NCBI GenBank assembly: GCA_964501355.1
Contig: CAZCSM010000006.1
Coordinates: 2,347 to 66,346 of the forward strand
DNA length: 64,000 nt
Source: an uncultured Candidatus Saccharibacteria bacterium
GTDB taxonomy: Bacteria; Patescibacteriota; Dojkabacteria; CAZCSM01
Direction of reading: 5' to 3'
The translations under genes were made by a program, and so were the position numbers. Within the stretch, counting starts at the first letter, position 1, and every line of letters starts with the position of its first letter. The notes beneath the pieces are model-generated. The model had not been told where the DNA came from. It ran no database searches and saw only the letters and a program-made list of their open reading frames with translations. Shown here piece by piece: positions 20,025 to 30,465 of this stretch.

Positions 20025-20451
20025 ATTAATAAAATTATTGCTATTGTTAGTTTCGTTATCATTAGCAGTGTTCTTCTTATCAACTGTCATATCATCAAGT
20101 AGTGTTATTACTTTTAACAATGGTTTTTCTTTCGGAATTGGGAATTTTTTCTTTGCAACACTATTTTCTCTGATATCGTTGACAGTGATTTTTTACTTCA
20201 TAATAAGAAGCGAAGATCAGATTAAAAGAATACTTTTATCATTTATTTTTATCGGTGGACTTGCGAATTTGATAGAAAGACTCTTTTATGGGGTTGTTCA
20301 TGATTATTGGAATTTTGTAGGGCTTTGGTATTTTAATCTTGCCGATCTCATAATAAATCTTGGCGCGATCTCTTTAATTTTGTTTATAATATTCAGCCTT
20401 GGCCAACCTAAAACTAAACTACAACGAGACAGTCAGGCGGAGATTAGATGA
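19972..20451 (+). CDS. lspA: Lipoprotein signal peptidase II. The real start is probably downstream of the ORF start.
   Basis: Motifs NNGFSFGIGN and FNLADLIINLG. Four TM segments. Confidence 0.7.
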   Translation: MHSIVLSVKVLLTIKRNKLIKLLLLLVSLSLAVFFLSTVISSSSVITFNNGFSFGIGNFFFATLFSLISLTVIFYFIIRSEDQIKRILLSFIFIGGLANLIERLFYGVVHDYWNFVGLWYFNLADLIINLGAISLILFIIFSLGQPKTKLQRDSQAEIR

Positions 20452-21352
20452 ATTCTTAGTTAAACAAGAAGGTATTCATAGCAGGTCATTTGCGTCAAAA
20501 CTTATTAAGAACGGCAACGTAAAAATAAATGGATCTATTGAAGTTCGTCCGTCATATAAATTATCTGCAGGTGACCTCGTTGAGGCTATTATTGAAGACT
20601 TAATGCCGGAGATAAAAGTTCTACCGGAAGAGGTCCCTTTCAAGGTACTCTATGAAGATGATTATATTCTCATTTTAGATAAACCAGCTGGGGTAGTTGT
20701 GCATCCTGGAGCCGGTAATTGGAATGGTACGCTTGTATCGGGACTTGTTAATCATTGGGGGAAGATTCCTGAAGGCCTAGACAAGAATCGTCCGGGGATA
20801 GTCCATCGATTGGATAAGGATACTTCTGGTCTCATGCTTATTGCAAAGAATGCTCGTGCTGTGGCATATTATTCTGATCTGTTTAAACAGCATAAAATTC
20901 AAAAGAAATATATTGCACTGGTTTATGGGAAAGTTCCGGAGAGGATTGGTGATATTTCGAGCAATATTGCAAGACACCCTGTTGATAGAAAGAAAATGAC
21001 GGTTGTTGATCCTCAAGAGGGGCGATATGCAGAGACTCATTACAAAGTTATTGGATATTATGTTAATCCAAAAGATCCAAAGAATACATATACGCTGGTT
21101 GAGGTCCTTTTAAAAACAGGTCGTACTCACCAGATTCGGGTTCATTTTAAACACCTCGGTTATCCACTCGTTGGAGATCGGGTATATTCCGGAAGGCGGC
21201 TGCGAGGCCTCTATCCTGAAGCTAGTAGGCAGTTACTTCATGCGTACTCTCTAAAGTTTGAAGATATTAAAGGGGATCATCTTCACTTCAAGGCGCTGCC
21301 CCCATCTGATTTTAACAATTACCTGAAATCTTTAGTTAAAATTGACGATTAG
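20399..21352 (+). CDS. rluD: RluA-family 23S rRNA pseudouridine synthase (RluD-like) with N-terminal S4 domain
   Basis: S4 domain RLDEFL, catalytic motif HRLDKDTSGLMLIAKN, and RTHQIRVH. Confidence 0.8.
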   Translation: MANLKLNYNETVRRRLDEFLVKQEGIHSRSFASKLIKNGNVKINGSIEVRPSYKLSAGDLVEAIIEDLMPEIKVLPEEVPFKVLYEDDYILILDKPAGVVVHPGAGNWNGTLVSGLVNHWGKIPEGLDKNRPGIVHRLDKDTSGLMLIAKNARAVAYYSDLFKQHKIQKKYIALVYGKVPERIGDISSNIARHPVDRKKMTVVDPQEGRYAETHYKVIGYYVNPKDPKNTYTLVEVLLKTGRTHQIRVHFKHLGYPLVGDRVYSGRRLRGLYPEASRQLLHAYSLKFEDIKGDHLHFKALPPSDFNNYLKSLVKIDD

Positions 21353-21668
21353 TATGAATCTGGCAGTCAAGCGTTTTATAAAAAAAGATGAATTTTTTAT
21401 ATGTGGAAATTGTGGCGTGGAAGTTGATCCTTCTTCTGAGGGGAGCTGTCGAAACCACTGTCCGGTGTGTTTATATTCAAAACATTTAGATATAAATCCT
21501 GGTGATCGTTTGGCAAATTGTGGAGGGTTGATGTTGCCAATTGATATTGAACAGAAGTCCGGGAAATTCCGAATACTTCATAAATGCGTTAAATGTGGGT
21601 TCAAACGTTGGAATAAAGCTGCTGCTGAAGATGATTTAATTGGATATTATGAGAAGAAAAATTCATAA
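21342..21668 (+). CDS. RNHCP-domain zinc-ribbon protein
   Basis: Literal RNHCPVC plus CGNCG and CVKCG cysteine pairs. Confidence 0.5.
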   Translation: MTISMNLAVKRFIKKDEFFICGNCGVEVDPSSEGSCRNHCPVCLYSKHLDINPGDRLANCGGLMLPIDIEQKSGKFRILHKCVKCGFKRWNKAAAEDDLIGYYEKKNS

Positions 21669-22962
21669 CACAAAAGGAATAAAGACCCATATCAAAATGG
21701 TGAATAGGCGAGAGAAAAAGACTCCGTTTAAAATAAACATGAAGCTTTTGCGTTTAGGCGGTATCATTTTTTTTGTTCTTCTTCTCATAGGAGGCGTGTA
21801 TATGTGGTATAAAAGACGTTACAGCGGCTTCATTGAGTTTTATAACAATTATCAACCCGCCTTAGCGCCGGGAGATACTCTCTCTGAAATCGTCGAGTTG
21901 TCAGAAAATAAATCATTTAACGTTTTGTTGCTTGGGTTAGATCAACGGGAAAGCGGTCATATAAAAGCAGATGCTGTGTTTATCATCCATTTTGATTCGA
22001 TTTCAAAACATTTTCAGGTGTTTGAATTGCCGAGCAAAGCAAAATATTACTGGTCAAAGAAGGATGAATATATAGAGCTTGCAAATATATATGCACTTGG
22101 GCAATTACAATCTCCTGAAGCAGGCTACTCAATAATCCAGGATGTTCTGGAAAGTAACTTGGCGATAAAGATTGATGCATACGTAGCCTCTGATATCGCA
22201 GGATTTAAGCAGGTTATCAAGGATATGGGTAACCTTAGTATCCAGAATGATGAATCTTTTACAGACAATGATCTGGAAAGTTTTGATCTAAGGCCCGACT
22301 TCCCATCTGGTCCATTACACCTTTCTGCAAATGAAACCGTCGCATTTGTTCGTGCCGATGAGAATGGGTTTTACTCGAAAAGTTTTCGTCATTATGCCGT
22401 AATGAGATCTCTGATTGAATCGGTGAATGTGTCGTCCTTATATTCTCCACTCGGAACTTTTGAAGATATTGACGAGCATATTTACTCCAATATTCAAGGC
22501 GCAAGTATCCGCCATTTTATTAAACTATTTGCGAATGAAAATACATTTACATTTGATTTCTACCAAGTGGGTATTGTTTTATCAAAATCTCCGGAGGTTG
22601 AGGGAGAAGTCTTTGATCCTTTAAAGTTTGATGATTTTGTATCCTCTACCTTTGATAATGGGGAAGTTGTACGAGAGCAAGCCAGAATCGAAGTCTATAA
22701 TTCAACAAGTATACCCGGTCTCGCTTCACGGTACACTCGTGTTTTGCAAAACATGGGTTGTGACATCATTCGAAAATCCAATACTGGAACGGATGTCTCC
22801 AAAACAATGATTTTTGCTGAAAATCCAGAACTCTTTCCTCTTACAATTGCTCAAATCAAAAATGCGTTCGAAGTGGATGTGGAGGTGATAAATGATTCAC
22901 TCGATTTCGTTACAACTGGTGATTTGATAATTGTACTCGCGGATGATGTAGAAACCATTTAA
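21640..22962 (+). CDS. LytR-CpsA-Psr (LCP) family cell-envelope polymer ligase
   Basis: TM anchor, then FNVLLLGLDQRESGHIKADAVFIIHFD (LCP catalytic core) and a C-terminal LytR_C-like domain. Confidence 0.7.
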   Translation: MDIMRRKIHNTKGIKTHIKMVNRREKKTPFKINMKLLRLGGIIFFVLLLIGGVYMWYKRRYSGFIEFYNNYQPALAPGDTLSEIVELSENKSFNVLLLGLDQRESGHIKADAVFIIHFDSISKHFQVFELPSKAKYYWSKKDEYIELANIYALGQLQSPEAGYSIIQDVLESNLAIKIDAYVASDIAGFKQVIKDMGNLSIQNDESFTDNDLESFDLRPDFPSGPLHLSANETVAFVRADENGFYSKSFRHYAVMRSLIESVNVSSLYSPLGTFEDIDEHIYSNIQGASIRHFIKLFANENTFTFDFYQVGIVLSKSPEVEGEVFDPLKFDDFVSSTFDNGEVVREQARIEVYNSTSIPGLASRYTRVLQNMGCDIIRKSNTGTDVSKTMIFAENPELFPLTIAQIKNAFEVDVEVINDSLDFVTTGDLIIVLADDVETI

Positions 22963-23019
22963 CTATTTCCTCCATTATGATAATCTAAATATAAGATATT
23001 TTTACTGCCCAATATCACC

Positions 23020-24729
23020 ATGGCTATTAGCGTTGCCGAACTACAAAAAGCCCTTGTTGAGTCAAAAAAACTGAGTGCTGAGGATTTTGATAAAATTAAC
23101 GAAACCGCGAATCGGTTGAATTCTACCGTAGAGCAGGTTCTTCTCGGAAAGGGTTTCTTCTCAGAAGCCGAATTGGGAGCATTACTTGCGAAACGCTATG
23201 GTGTTGATTTTGTTGAATTAGGTAAGCAGGAAATCACTCCTGACATATTGTTCTCCATTCCAAAGGAAATTGCCAGTCGAAAGAAGGTTATTGTATTCGC
23301 TAAGGACCGCGGAATAATGAGTGTGGCAATGTCAAATCCCTTAGATTTGGAAACACTCGATTACATAAAGAAGAGTACAGGATATAACGTAAAGGTATAT
23401 TACGCATTTGAAGAAAGTATTAATGATGCTCTGCGTGCCTATCAAAAGGATATCAAGTTAGCTTTTGTAAATTTAATTGAGGAACAGGCCGAGAAGACAA
23501 AAAAAGAGAAGGGGGCTATTGAGGATGTTGCGAAAAAGATTCCTATTGTTAAGTTGGTTGACACGCTTATCGAATATGCTGTTAATGAGGGGGCCAGTGA
23601 TATTCACATTGAGCCTTTAGAAGAAGAGGTTTTGATTAGATACCGAATAGATGGACAGCTTAGAGATATAACTACGCTTCCAAAAGAAATTCTTCCCATT
23701 CTGATTGCAAGAATTAAAATCATTGCCAATTTACAAATAGATGAGCATCGTTTACCACAGGACGGAAGAATAAACACTATAGTTAACAATAGTAAAGTTG
23801 CTCTTCGAGTCTCTGTTCTTCCTCTATTCTACGGTGAGAAGATAGTGATGAGAGTTTTAGAAGAAACTGCACGGCGTTTCAGTTTGGAGGATCTAGGTGT
23901 TTTAAACCACAACCTCGAGGTTATGAAGAGAAATATCTCGAAGCCCCATGGAATGGTTTTGGTGACCGGGCCGACAGGTAGCGGAAAAACAACCACTCTT
24001 TACACGGTGCTTAGCATTCTCAATACAACTGATGTTAATATTAATACAATTGAAGATCCGATTGAATACAGTATGCCTCGAATCAACCAGACTCAGGTTA
24101 ATGCGAAAATCGGTTTTACATTTAGCGTTGGGTTGAGATCTCTTCTACGGCAGGACCCTGACATAATCATGGTCGGTGAAATTCGTGACAAGGAAACTGT
24201 ACAAATGGCTGTCAATGCTGCAATGACGGGCCACCTTGTTCTGTCCACATTACATACAAATAATGCAGCAGCATCTATCCCGCGTCTTTTGGATATGGGT
24301 GTTGAACCATTTCTTGTAGCTTCAACGCTAAATGCTGTAATGGCTCAGCGATTAACTCGGAAACTTTGTAACGAATGTAAGGAAAAGTATGAGATTCCCG
24401 AGAAGCTGCTAGCGAGCCTTAAAACAGATCTTGAAAAACAAGGATTAACTGCTGCACAGATAAAAGAGGCTGTGGGAGACGGTCATTTCTACAAACCCAT
24501 TGGTTGCAAAAAATGCGGCAATAAAGGTTACAAGGGACGACTTGGTATCTACGAGGTCTTAGAGATGTCCCCAAAGATTATGGAATTAGCTGTATCTGAT
24601 GTCGTTACATATGAGCTTCAAAAGACCGCTATTAAGGAAGGTATGACTACAATGTTATATGATGGAATTACAAAGGCTCGCGAAGGTTTGACCACTTTAG
24701 AAGAAGTATTAGCCGCAACTAGAGAATAA
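23020..24729 (+). CDS. pilB: Type IV pilus assembly ATPase PilB (GspE family), locus 1
   Basis: N-terminal GSPII_E_N domain, Walker A VTGPTGSGKTTTLY, Asp/His boxes, and a tetracysteine CNEC...CKKCG. Confidence 0.85.
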   Translation: MAISVAELQKALVESKKLSAEDFDKINETANRLNSTVEQVLLGKGFFSEAELGALLAKRYGVDFVELGKQEITPDILFSIPKEIASRKKVIVFAKDRGIMSVAMSNPLDLETLDYIKKSTGYNVKVYYAFEESINDALRAYQKDIKLAFVNLIEEQAEKTKKEKGAIEDVAKKIPIVKLVDTLIEYAVNEGASDIHIEPLEEEVLIRYRIDGQLRDITTLPKEILPILIARIKIIANLQIDEHRLPQDGRINTIVNNSKVALRVSVLPLFYGEKIVMRVLEETARRFSLEDLGVLNHNLEVMKRNISKPHGMVLVTGPTGSGKTTTLYTVLSILNTTDVNINTIEDPIEYSMPRINQTQVNAKIGFTFSVGLRSLLRQDPDIIMVGEIRDKETVQMAVNAAMTGHLVLSTLHTNNAAASIPRLLDMGVEPFLVASTLNAVMAQRLTRKLCNECKEKYEIPEKLLASLKTDLEKQGLTAAQIKEAVGDGHFYKPIGCKKCGNKGYKGRLGIYEVLEMSPKIMELAVSDVVTYELQKTAIKEGMTTMLYDGITKAREGLTTLEEVLAATRE

Positions 24730-25952
24730 TGAAATTTAAATATACAGTTACAGACAAAAAGGGGCAGGTTGTAAAAGGCGAGATGGTTGCTCGAACACAG
24801 TCAGAGATTGAATCCAATCTTCTGGAGGATGGTTATACTGTTTTGGCGATTGAGCCGGAAAAGGAATCGTCGGAATCTTCAAAAAAACAATCCGCACTTT
24901 TTCAAAAGAAAATTTCGTTACAGGAAAAGATTCTTCTTTTCACAAACTTGGCGGCAATGCTTAAGGCTGGATTGCCTGTTGTTGATGCGATTGATGTCCT
25001 AAAGGAAGGTCAAAAGAATCAGAGATTGATAGAAATACTAGATGTAGCAAGTTATGACATCCAGGGTGGTATGACCTTTCATTCCGCATTGAGCAAGTTT
25101 CCCGATGTTTTTACGACAATGGACCTTAGTATGTTTGAAGTCGGAGAAGTAGGAGGTATGTTAGAAGAGAATATCAGAACGCTGGCAACAGAATTAAAGA
25201 ATCAAAAAGATCTTCAGTCGAAAGTAAAAGGTGCAATGATGTACCCTATGGTGATTTCAATTGCTTTGGTGGCAATCGTAATATTGCTTATTATTTTCGT
25301 AATACCGCAGATTGCAGGCTTTTTCAAAGACGCTGATTTGGAGTTGCCAATTACAACAAGAATGTTAATCGGATTAAGTGACCTTCTTATAAATTATGGC
25401 ATATATGTTCTCGCGGTTGTAATTGCTGCCATAGTTGCTTTTCGCACAACATATAAGAAAGTAAAGAATTTCAAGCGGATGATTGACGGACTATTATTAA
25501 AGATTCCATTTGTTGGTGTTCAGATTATTAAATTAAATACAGCAAGATTTACAAAAACGTTAGCATCTCTTTTAAAAAGCGGAGTTCCAATTATTCGTTC
25601 TTTGGAAATTACGAAAAATGGCTTTTCTAATTTGATTTATCAAGAGGCTCTTGAAAGTATTGCTCAAGATATTGAATCTGGTCAAGAACTTGCAGATGCG
25701 ATGGCAAAGTTTCCAAACATCTTTTACTCAATGGCTGTTAGGATGGTAAGAGTAGGGGGGCAGACGGGAACTATCGACGAATCTCTACTAAACGTGGCGA
25801 TATATTATCAAGAAGAAGTCACGGAAATTCTCGACAACTTATCCTCTATTATAGAACCTGTTTTATTACTTGTAATGGGTGGTGGAATTGCACTAATTGC
25901 ATTATCTGTACTTGGACCTATTTATCAATTAACCGGGAGTATATCTCAGTAA
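24729..25952 (+). CDS. pilC: Type IV pilus inner-membrane platform protein PilC (GspF family)
   Basis: Two T2SSF repeats and three TM segments. Translationally coupled to pilB. Confidence 0.85.
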   Translation: MKFKYTVTDKKGQVVKGEMVARTQSEIESNLLEDGYTVLAIEPEKESSESSKKQSALFQKKISLQEKILLFTNLAAMLKAGLPVVDAIDVLKEGQKNQRLIEILDVASYDIQGGMTFHSALSKFPDVFTTMDLSMFEVGEVGGMLEENIRTLATELKNQKDLQSKVKGAMMYPMVISIALVAIVILLIIFVIPQIAGFFKDADLELPITTRMLIGLSDLLINYGIYVLAVVIAAIVAFRTTYKKVKNFKRMIDGLLLKIPFVGVQIIKLNTARFTKTLASLLKSGVPIIRSLEITKNGFSNLIYQEALESIAQDIESGQELADAMAKFPNIFYSMAVRMVRVGGQTGTIDESLLNVAIYYQEEVTEILDNLSSIIEPVLLLVMGGGIALIALSVLGPIYQLTGSISQ

Positions 25953-26417
25953 ATGAAAATGCAAAGGGGTTTTACAATGATTGAGATTATCGTTGTTATC
26001 GGCGTCTTAATGCTAATCTCGTCAGGTGCAACAATTCTTTTCCTATCAACTCAGGCAAACAATCAAAGAGAGGTAATAGTGAATGAATTAATCTCCTCTT
26101 TGCGAAAAGCTCAATCCCGAGCCATAAACGGAGAAAATCAATCCGAATTCGGTATATATTTTGAAGAGCACAAATATATCGAATTCCAGGGGGCAAGCTA
26201 TATGGAGGGTAATCCAGATAATATCGTGAACCTGTTGCCAGCTGGTGTCACTATTCGCAATATCAACTTTAATGGCGACGATTTTGTTTATTATGAAAGA
26301 ATGACGGGAGAAGCTAATTATGAGGGGAGCGTTGATATTGCTGTAGTTGGAATTGCTGATGCAAAGAGGATCTCTGTCAATAAATCAGGTATTGTAAATC
26401 TTGAGATTGTTGAATAA
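25953..26417 (+). CDS. Prepilin-type N-terminal cleavage/methylation-domain minor pilin
   Basis: RGFTMIEIIVVIGVLMLI matches the class III signal G/FTxxE. Confidence 0.7.
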   Translation: MKMQRGFTMIEIIVVIGVLMLISSGATILFLSTQANNQREVIVNELISSLRKAQSRAINGENQSEFGIYFEEHKYIEFQGASYMEGNPDNIVNLLPAGVTIRNINFNGDDFVYYERMTGEANYEGSVDIAVVGIADAKRISVNKSGIVNLEIVE

Positions 26418-26910
26418 CCCAAAATTGATGTTTAAGAATCAGCAAGGTGCTCTACTAATAGAGTTTTTAATTGTTCTTGCCCTGATTTCGATATTACTAA
26501 CTTCTGGTTTAGACATTCTAGGACCTAGCTTAAAGATTGTTTATCAGAGTGAGGAACGTGAATTTGTATCTTCTTTGATCCAGGAACAATTTGAGGTTGT
26601 TCGAAGCATTCGCGATGAAGATTGGAATGCTTTGTCAATAAATGGCACATATCATTATGAAGACATTGAGGGTGAAGAGGAAGGTTTGCGTCTGGTTGAG
26701 GATCCGATTACGTATTATGATAAATATGAAGTAGGTATTACACTCTCAGATGTTTATCGAGATTCAAACGGGGAGATTCTTGAGACTGGAGATTTAGATC
26801 AAATTGATACATATACTCGCATGATTTCAGTGTCTGTTTCTTGGGACTCATATGGCGTTTTAAAAAATGAAGTTCAAAGTATTTATCTAACAAATTGGGG
26901 TGATTTTTAG
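26401..26910 (+). CDS. Minor pilin-like protein
   Basis: QGALLIEFLIVLALISILL is a prepilin-like hydrophobic N-terminus with Glu at +5. Confidence 0.55.
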   Translation: MRLLNNPKLMFKNQQGALLIEFLIVLALISILLTSGLDILGPSLKIVYQSEEREFVSSLIQEQFEVVRSIRDEDWNALSINGTYHYEDIEGEEEGLRLVEDPITYYDKYEVGITLSDVYRDSNGEILETGDLDQIDTYTRMISVSVSWDSYGVLKNEVQSIYLTNWGDF

Positions 26911-27415
26911 AAAAGATTTAAAAAGTAATAATGATCAGGCAGGATTTACCCTTGTCGAGGTAATTATCTACATTGCCGTGTCCTCGGTAATGCTCATTAT
27001 TGTAGTTTCGTTCGTGCGCCATATCTTATTGGTAAGAAATAAAGTGACCATTTTATCCAAGGTGCAACAGAATGCTCGATATGCAATGACAAGGATGGTA
27101 AAAGAGGTGCGATATGCGGATGATTTGGAAGTTGTAGATCAGAATACTTTGAGACTTTCCGTAGGAGATCCACTTAGAAATCCATTGTATTTTGATTTAC
27201 AGGGAGGGGTTCTATATATGAAAGAGGGTCTTGGCGATTTCGTCGCAATAACAGGGAATGATGTGAAGGTTGGCGATGTGCTTTTTGAAGACCGTACAAC
27301 TCCAAATTCTGCAGACATTGTAAAAATAACTCTAACCATCTCACATCCTGACGCGAGTGTCTCTCCTGACAGTCAGGCAACTATTAATCTAGATACATAT
27401 GTGGCAAAAAGGTAA
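26900..27415 (+). CDS. Minor pilin (PulJ/PilW-like)
   Basis: AGFTLVEVIIYIAVSSVML prepilin signal. Confidence 0.65.
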   Translation: MIFRKDLKSNNDQAGFTLVEVIIYIAVSSVMLIIVVSFVRHILLVRNKVTILSKVQQNARYAMTRMVKEVRYADDLEVVDQNTLRLSVGDPLRNPLYFDLQGGVLYMKEGLGDFVAITGNDVKVGDVLFEDRTTPNSADIVKITLTISHPDASVSPDSQATINLDTYVAKR

Positions 27416-28715
27416 GTATTCACAATTTAATAAAGAGAAAGGGCAGGTCGCAATTATTGCCGTGTTAGTAGTTTCTCTAATTATGGTTTCCGTTGTTTTT
27501 GCAATCTCGAAAATGTCTCTGGATAATTATGAGATGGCTGACCTAAGTCTCTCATCCACTCAGGCATATTTTTTAGCAGAATCTGGAATAGAGGAGGGGA
27601 TTTACAGACTGAAAGATGATTTGAACTATACAGGAGGGAATTACGATACTCCTATTGGGAATTATGTAATCGAAGTCACCGATAATACGACATATTACAC
27701 AGTTCGTGCAGAAGGACATGTTGGTGGTGTGGTTCGTGCAATTACAGCAAATCTTTCAATATCCGTTGAGAGTGCAAAGATAACTGGCTATTCAGCTTTT
27801 GCAGGAGATGACGTATGGATGTTTTGGTCTAATGCAATTGTTAATGGTGACGTATGGGCGAATGACGATGTCGATTTTTCTAGTAATTCTACCGTATATG
27901 GTGATGTCATTTCTGCTGGGCGTGGAAGTTATTTTACAAGCTGGGTTTCTGATCATGCAAGTATTCTTGATAACCCGGCAACCGCAGATCGAGTTGAAGG
28001 TAACTTCTGGTCGGTAAATCAGATAAGGGTTATTTTAGAAGGGCGGGTTGCGGGAGATGCTTACAGTGAGAATGAAATAATTACTTTGCTTGGTGGTCAT
28101 ATTGATGGAACAGAATATCCGGATCAGGATTTAACGGCAGAAACAGAGCGCATAGAGGTTCCGATGTTTGATTTTTCAACGTATGAGGCACAAGCACAAG
28201 CGGGAGGAACTTTCTATGCAACGGCAACTCAATTCGAAAACTACGTTAATAGTAGGAATGATGGGAGCACTCGCACTCTTCCTGATGGAGTATATTACAT
28301 TAGAAACGGTAATGTGTTTTTTAATCCAGGGCCCCCAATTGTACTTAATGGAAGCATTATTACAGAAGGTGAGATCCGATTCTACTGTGGAGTTCAAATA
28401 AATGCTCAAAATAATTTGCCGGCGCTTGCGGCTGCAAAAGACGCAGAATTCAGAGATTACGGATGGCCAACATATGGTGGTGACTTTGTAACAATAAATG
28501 GTGTATTATATTCTGAGAGAGATATAATCTTAAGACACGATAGCAGCGGAAAGCTAATTGAGGTTAATGGTGCTGCTTGGGCTGGTGACGATTTGCGAAT
28601 CGAAAACTCCAGTACAGTGAATTTTTTGCCGGAAGTAACACAGAATGTCATCGGCTTTGGTTTTACAGTAGAGCCAGGACAGGTTTCAATAGATAATTGG
28701 CAAGAAACATTATAA
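27399..28715 (+). CDS. PilX/PilY-like large pilus-associated protein
   Basis: N-terminal EKGQVAIIAVLVVSLIMV pilin-like anchor, then a 400-aa Asp/Gly-rich beta domain. Confidence 0.4.
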   Translation: MWQKGKYSQFNKEKGQVAIIAVLVVSLIMVSVVFAISKMSLDNYEMADLSLSSTQAYFLAESGIEEGIYRLKDDLNYTGGNYDTPIGNYVIEVTDNTTYYTVRAEGHVGGVVRAITANLSISVESAKITGYSAFAGDDVWMFWSNAIVNGDVWANDDVDFSSNSTVYGDVISAGRGSYFTSWVSDHASILDNPATADRVEGNFWSVNQIRVILEGRVAGDAYSENEIITLLGGHIDGTEYPDQDLTAETERIEVPMFDFSTYEAQAQAGGTFYATATQFENYVNSRNDGSTRTLPDGVYYIRNGNVFFNPGPPIVLNGSIITEGEIRFYCGVQINAQNNLPALAAAKDAEFRDYGWPTYGGDFVTINGVLYSERDIILRHDSSGKLIEVNGAAWAGDDLRIENSSTVNFLPEVTQNVIGFGFTVEPGQVSIDNWQETL

Positions 28716-28725
28716 AATAAAATCT

Positions 28726-30465
28726 ATGACTGCCCTAGATTTTGACAAGTTAATAGAAGGTGAAGATACTTTCGGTTTGGACATTTCCAATACGAGAGTA
28801 AAAGCTATGTGGGTCACGAAATCCGGGAGAAGCAATTTACATCTTCAGAGTTTTGGTGAAGAAACAATTCCTGCAAGTGCTGTCGTAGGTGGAATAATTC
28901 GTCGTCCTGAAGTCGTTGCAGAGGCAATTAAAAAAATACTCAAAAATTCATATCCGAAACCAATTCGGACGAAATATGCCATCTGCTCAATCTCTCAAGA
29001 AAAGGTTTACCTAAAGATTGAGGATTTTCCAAATATTGAAAAGGAGAAACTTCGAGAAGCTGTCACTTGGAAAGCAAACAAGGTTCTTGCAATGCCTTTG
29101 GAAAAGATTTACTGGGATTGGCACAGACTTAATCCAAAGGAAGATGAAAGTACGGTGAGTATTCAGTTTGCAGCCGTGGAAAAGGAAGTTGTCGACTCAT
29201 ATGTCCATGCAATTCGCCTTGCCGGAATTATTCCTCTCGCATTTGAAATGGAGTCAAGTGCTGCAGGACGAGTTCTTCTAGCATCAAATGAAGAGCTTAA
29301 AGAGTCTCCATTGTTATTTGTTGATATCGGAAATAGCAATACAAATCTCTCGATTTATCATCAAGGTGGTTTTCGTTTTAATTCTTCAGTAAATGTCGGA
29401 GGAAATCAAGTAACAAAGATCATTGGTACAGAAAAAGGATTATCTCCCGTCGAGGCGGAGGAGTATCAGCGCACAACAGGACTAAAAACTAAAACAGAAA
29501 CTCTTCAATCCGCGCTTTCTGCTTCTCTCACACCAATAATCTCCGAGATGATGGGTGCAATGCGCTTCTATGATAAAACACCGGGAAAAGAAGATGACAT
29601 TAAATTGGCGAAAGTTTATGGGGATGGTGCATCGCTTAAGGGCGTCGATAAATACCTTGATGAACAGATTCCGGATCTGAAAGTGGGGTATGCAAACCCA
29701 AGTATTGGGATGATTCCGATTCCTCAATTTATTTCCCATGAGAAAATATTTCCGCATCTGGTTGTTACGGGGCTAGCGCTGAAGGGCCTCGGCAAATATC
29801 ATGAATTTGGAGATGTTAACTTCCTTCCTGCGGACGTCCAGAAAGCTTATGTAAATGAGCAGCTTAAAAAGAAAGTTGGAAATATCGTTAAGATTTTATC
29901 AATAAATATAATTGCGATTTGTGGATTCTTGTTGGGTGGACTATTTCTTCTTACTGAGGAATCGAGTCAAATCCAAGCAACAATTAATTCGAAAAAGGCG
30001 ATTCTGCAAGGTTCAAGTATTCAAACAAAGTCATTGGAGATTAGCAAATTCAATGAATCCCTTGCATCGATAAGCTCTATAATAAATTCCGAATTTGATT
30101 GGATAAAAATCTTCGATAAGATCCTTTCTGTAACTCCGGGAAATGTCGTGTTGGATAATATTGATATATATGTAGATGAGTCTTTGGCTCCGAAATCAGA
30201 ACCTATCTGGATTATTAGTCTATATGGTAGAACTGATAATAGACAAACTGTAATTGATTACAGTACAAATCTAATTTCAACGGAAGTTTTCTCAAATGTA
30301 CAAATTCCCGTTTCGGCTTTTTCTTCCGGTGAAGAGGTTGAATTTCGTATTAACATGGATCTGAGCTTTACGAATTTATTGGCAAATCCAGAAAACTTTG
30401 CTAAGAAATCTACAACACAAACAACTGGAGAATTAGAACTTAAACCTTTCACGCCTGCAAAATGA
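28726..30465 (+). CDS. pilMN: PilM-PilN fusion protein
   Basis: N-terminal FGLDISNTRVKAMWV actin-like PilM fold. One TM segment at about aa 390. A PilN-like periplasmic C-terminus. Confidence 0.65.
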   Translation: MTALDFDKLIEGEDTFGLDISNTRVKAMWVTKSGRSNLHLQSFGEETIPASAVVGGIIRRPEVVAEAIKKILKNSYPKPIRTKYAICSISQEKVYLKIEDFPNIEKEKLREAVTWKANKVLAMPLEKIYWDWHRLNPKEDESTVSIQFAAVEKEVVDSYVHAIRLAGIIPLAFEMESSAAGRVLLASNEELKESPLLFVDIGNSNTNLSIYHQGGFRFNSSVNVGGNQVTKIIGTEKGLSPVEAEEYQRTTGLKTKTETLQSALSASLTPIISEMMGAMRFYDKTPGKEDDIKLAKVYGDGASLKGVDKYLDEQIPDLKVGYANPSIGMIPIPQFISHEKIFPHLVVTGLALKGLGKYHEFGDVNFLPADVQKAYVNEQLKKKVGNIVKILSINIIAICGFLLGGLFLLTEESSQIQATINSKKAILQGSSIQTKSLEISKFNESLASISSIINSEFDWIKIFDKILSVTPGNVVLDNIDIYVDESLAPKSEPIWIISLYGRTDNRQTVIDYSTNLISTEVFSNVQIPVSAFSSGEEVEFRINMDLSFTNLLANPENFAKKSTTQTTGELELKPFTPAK

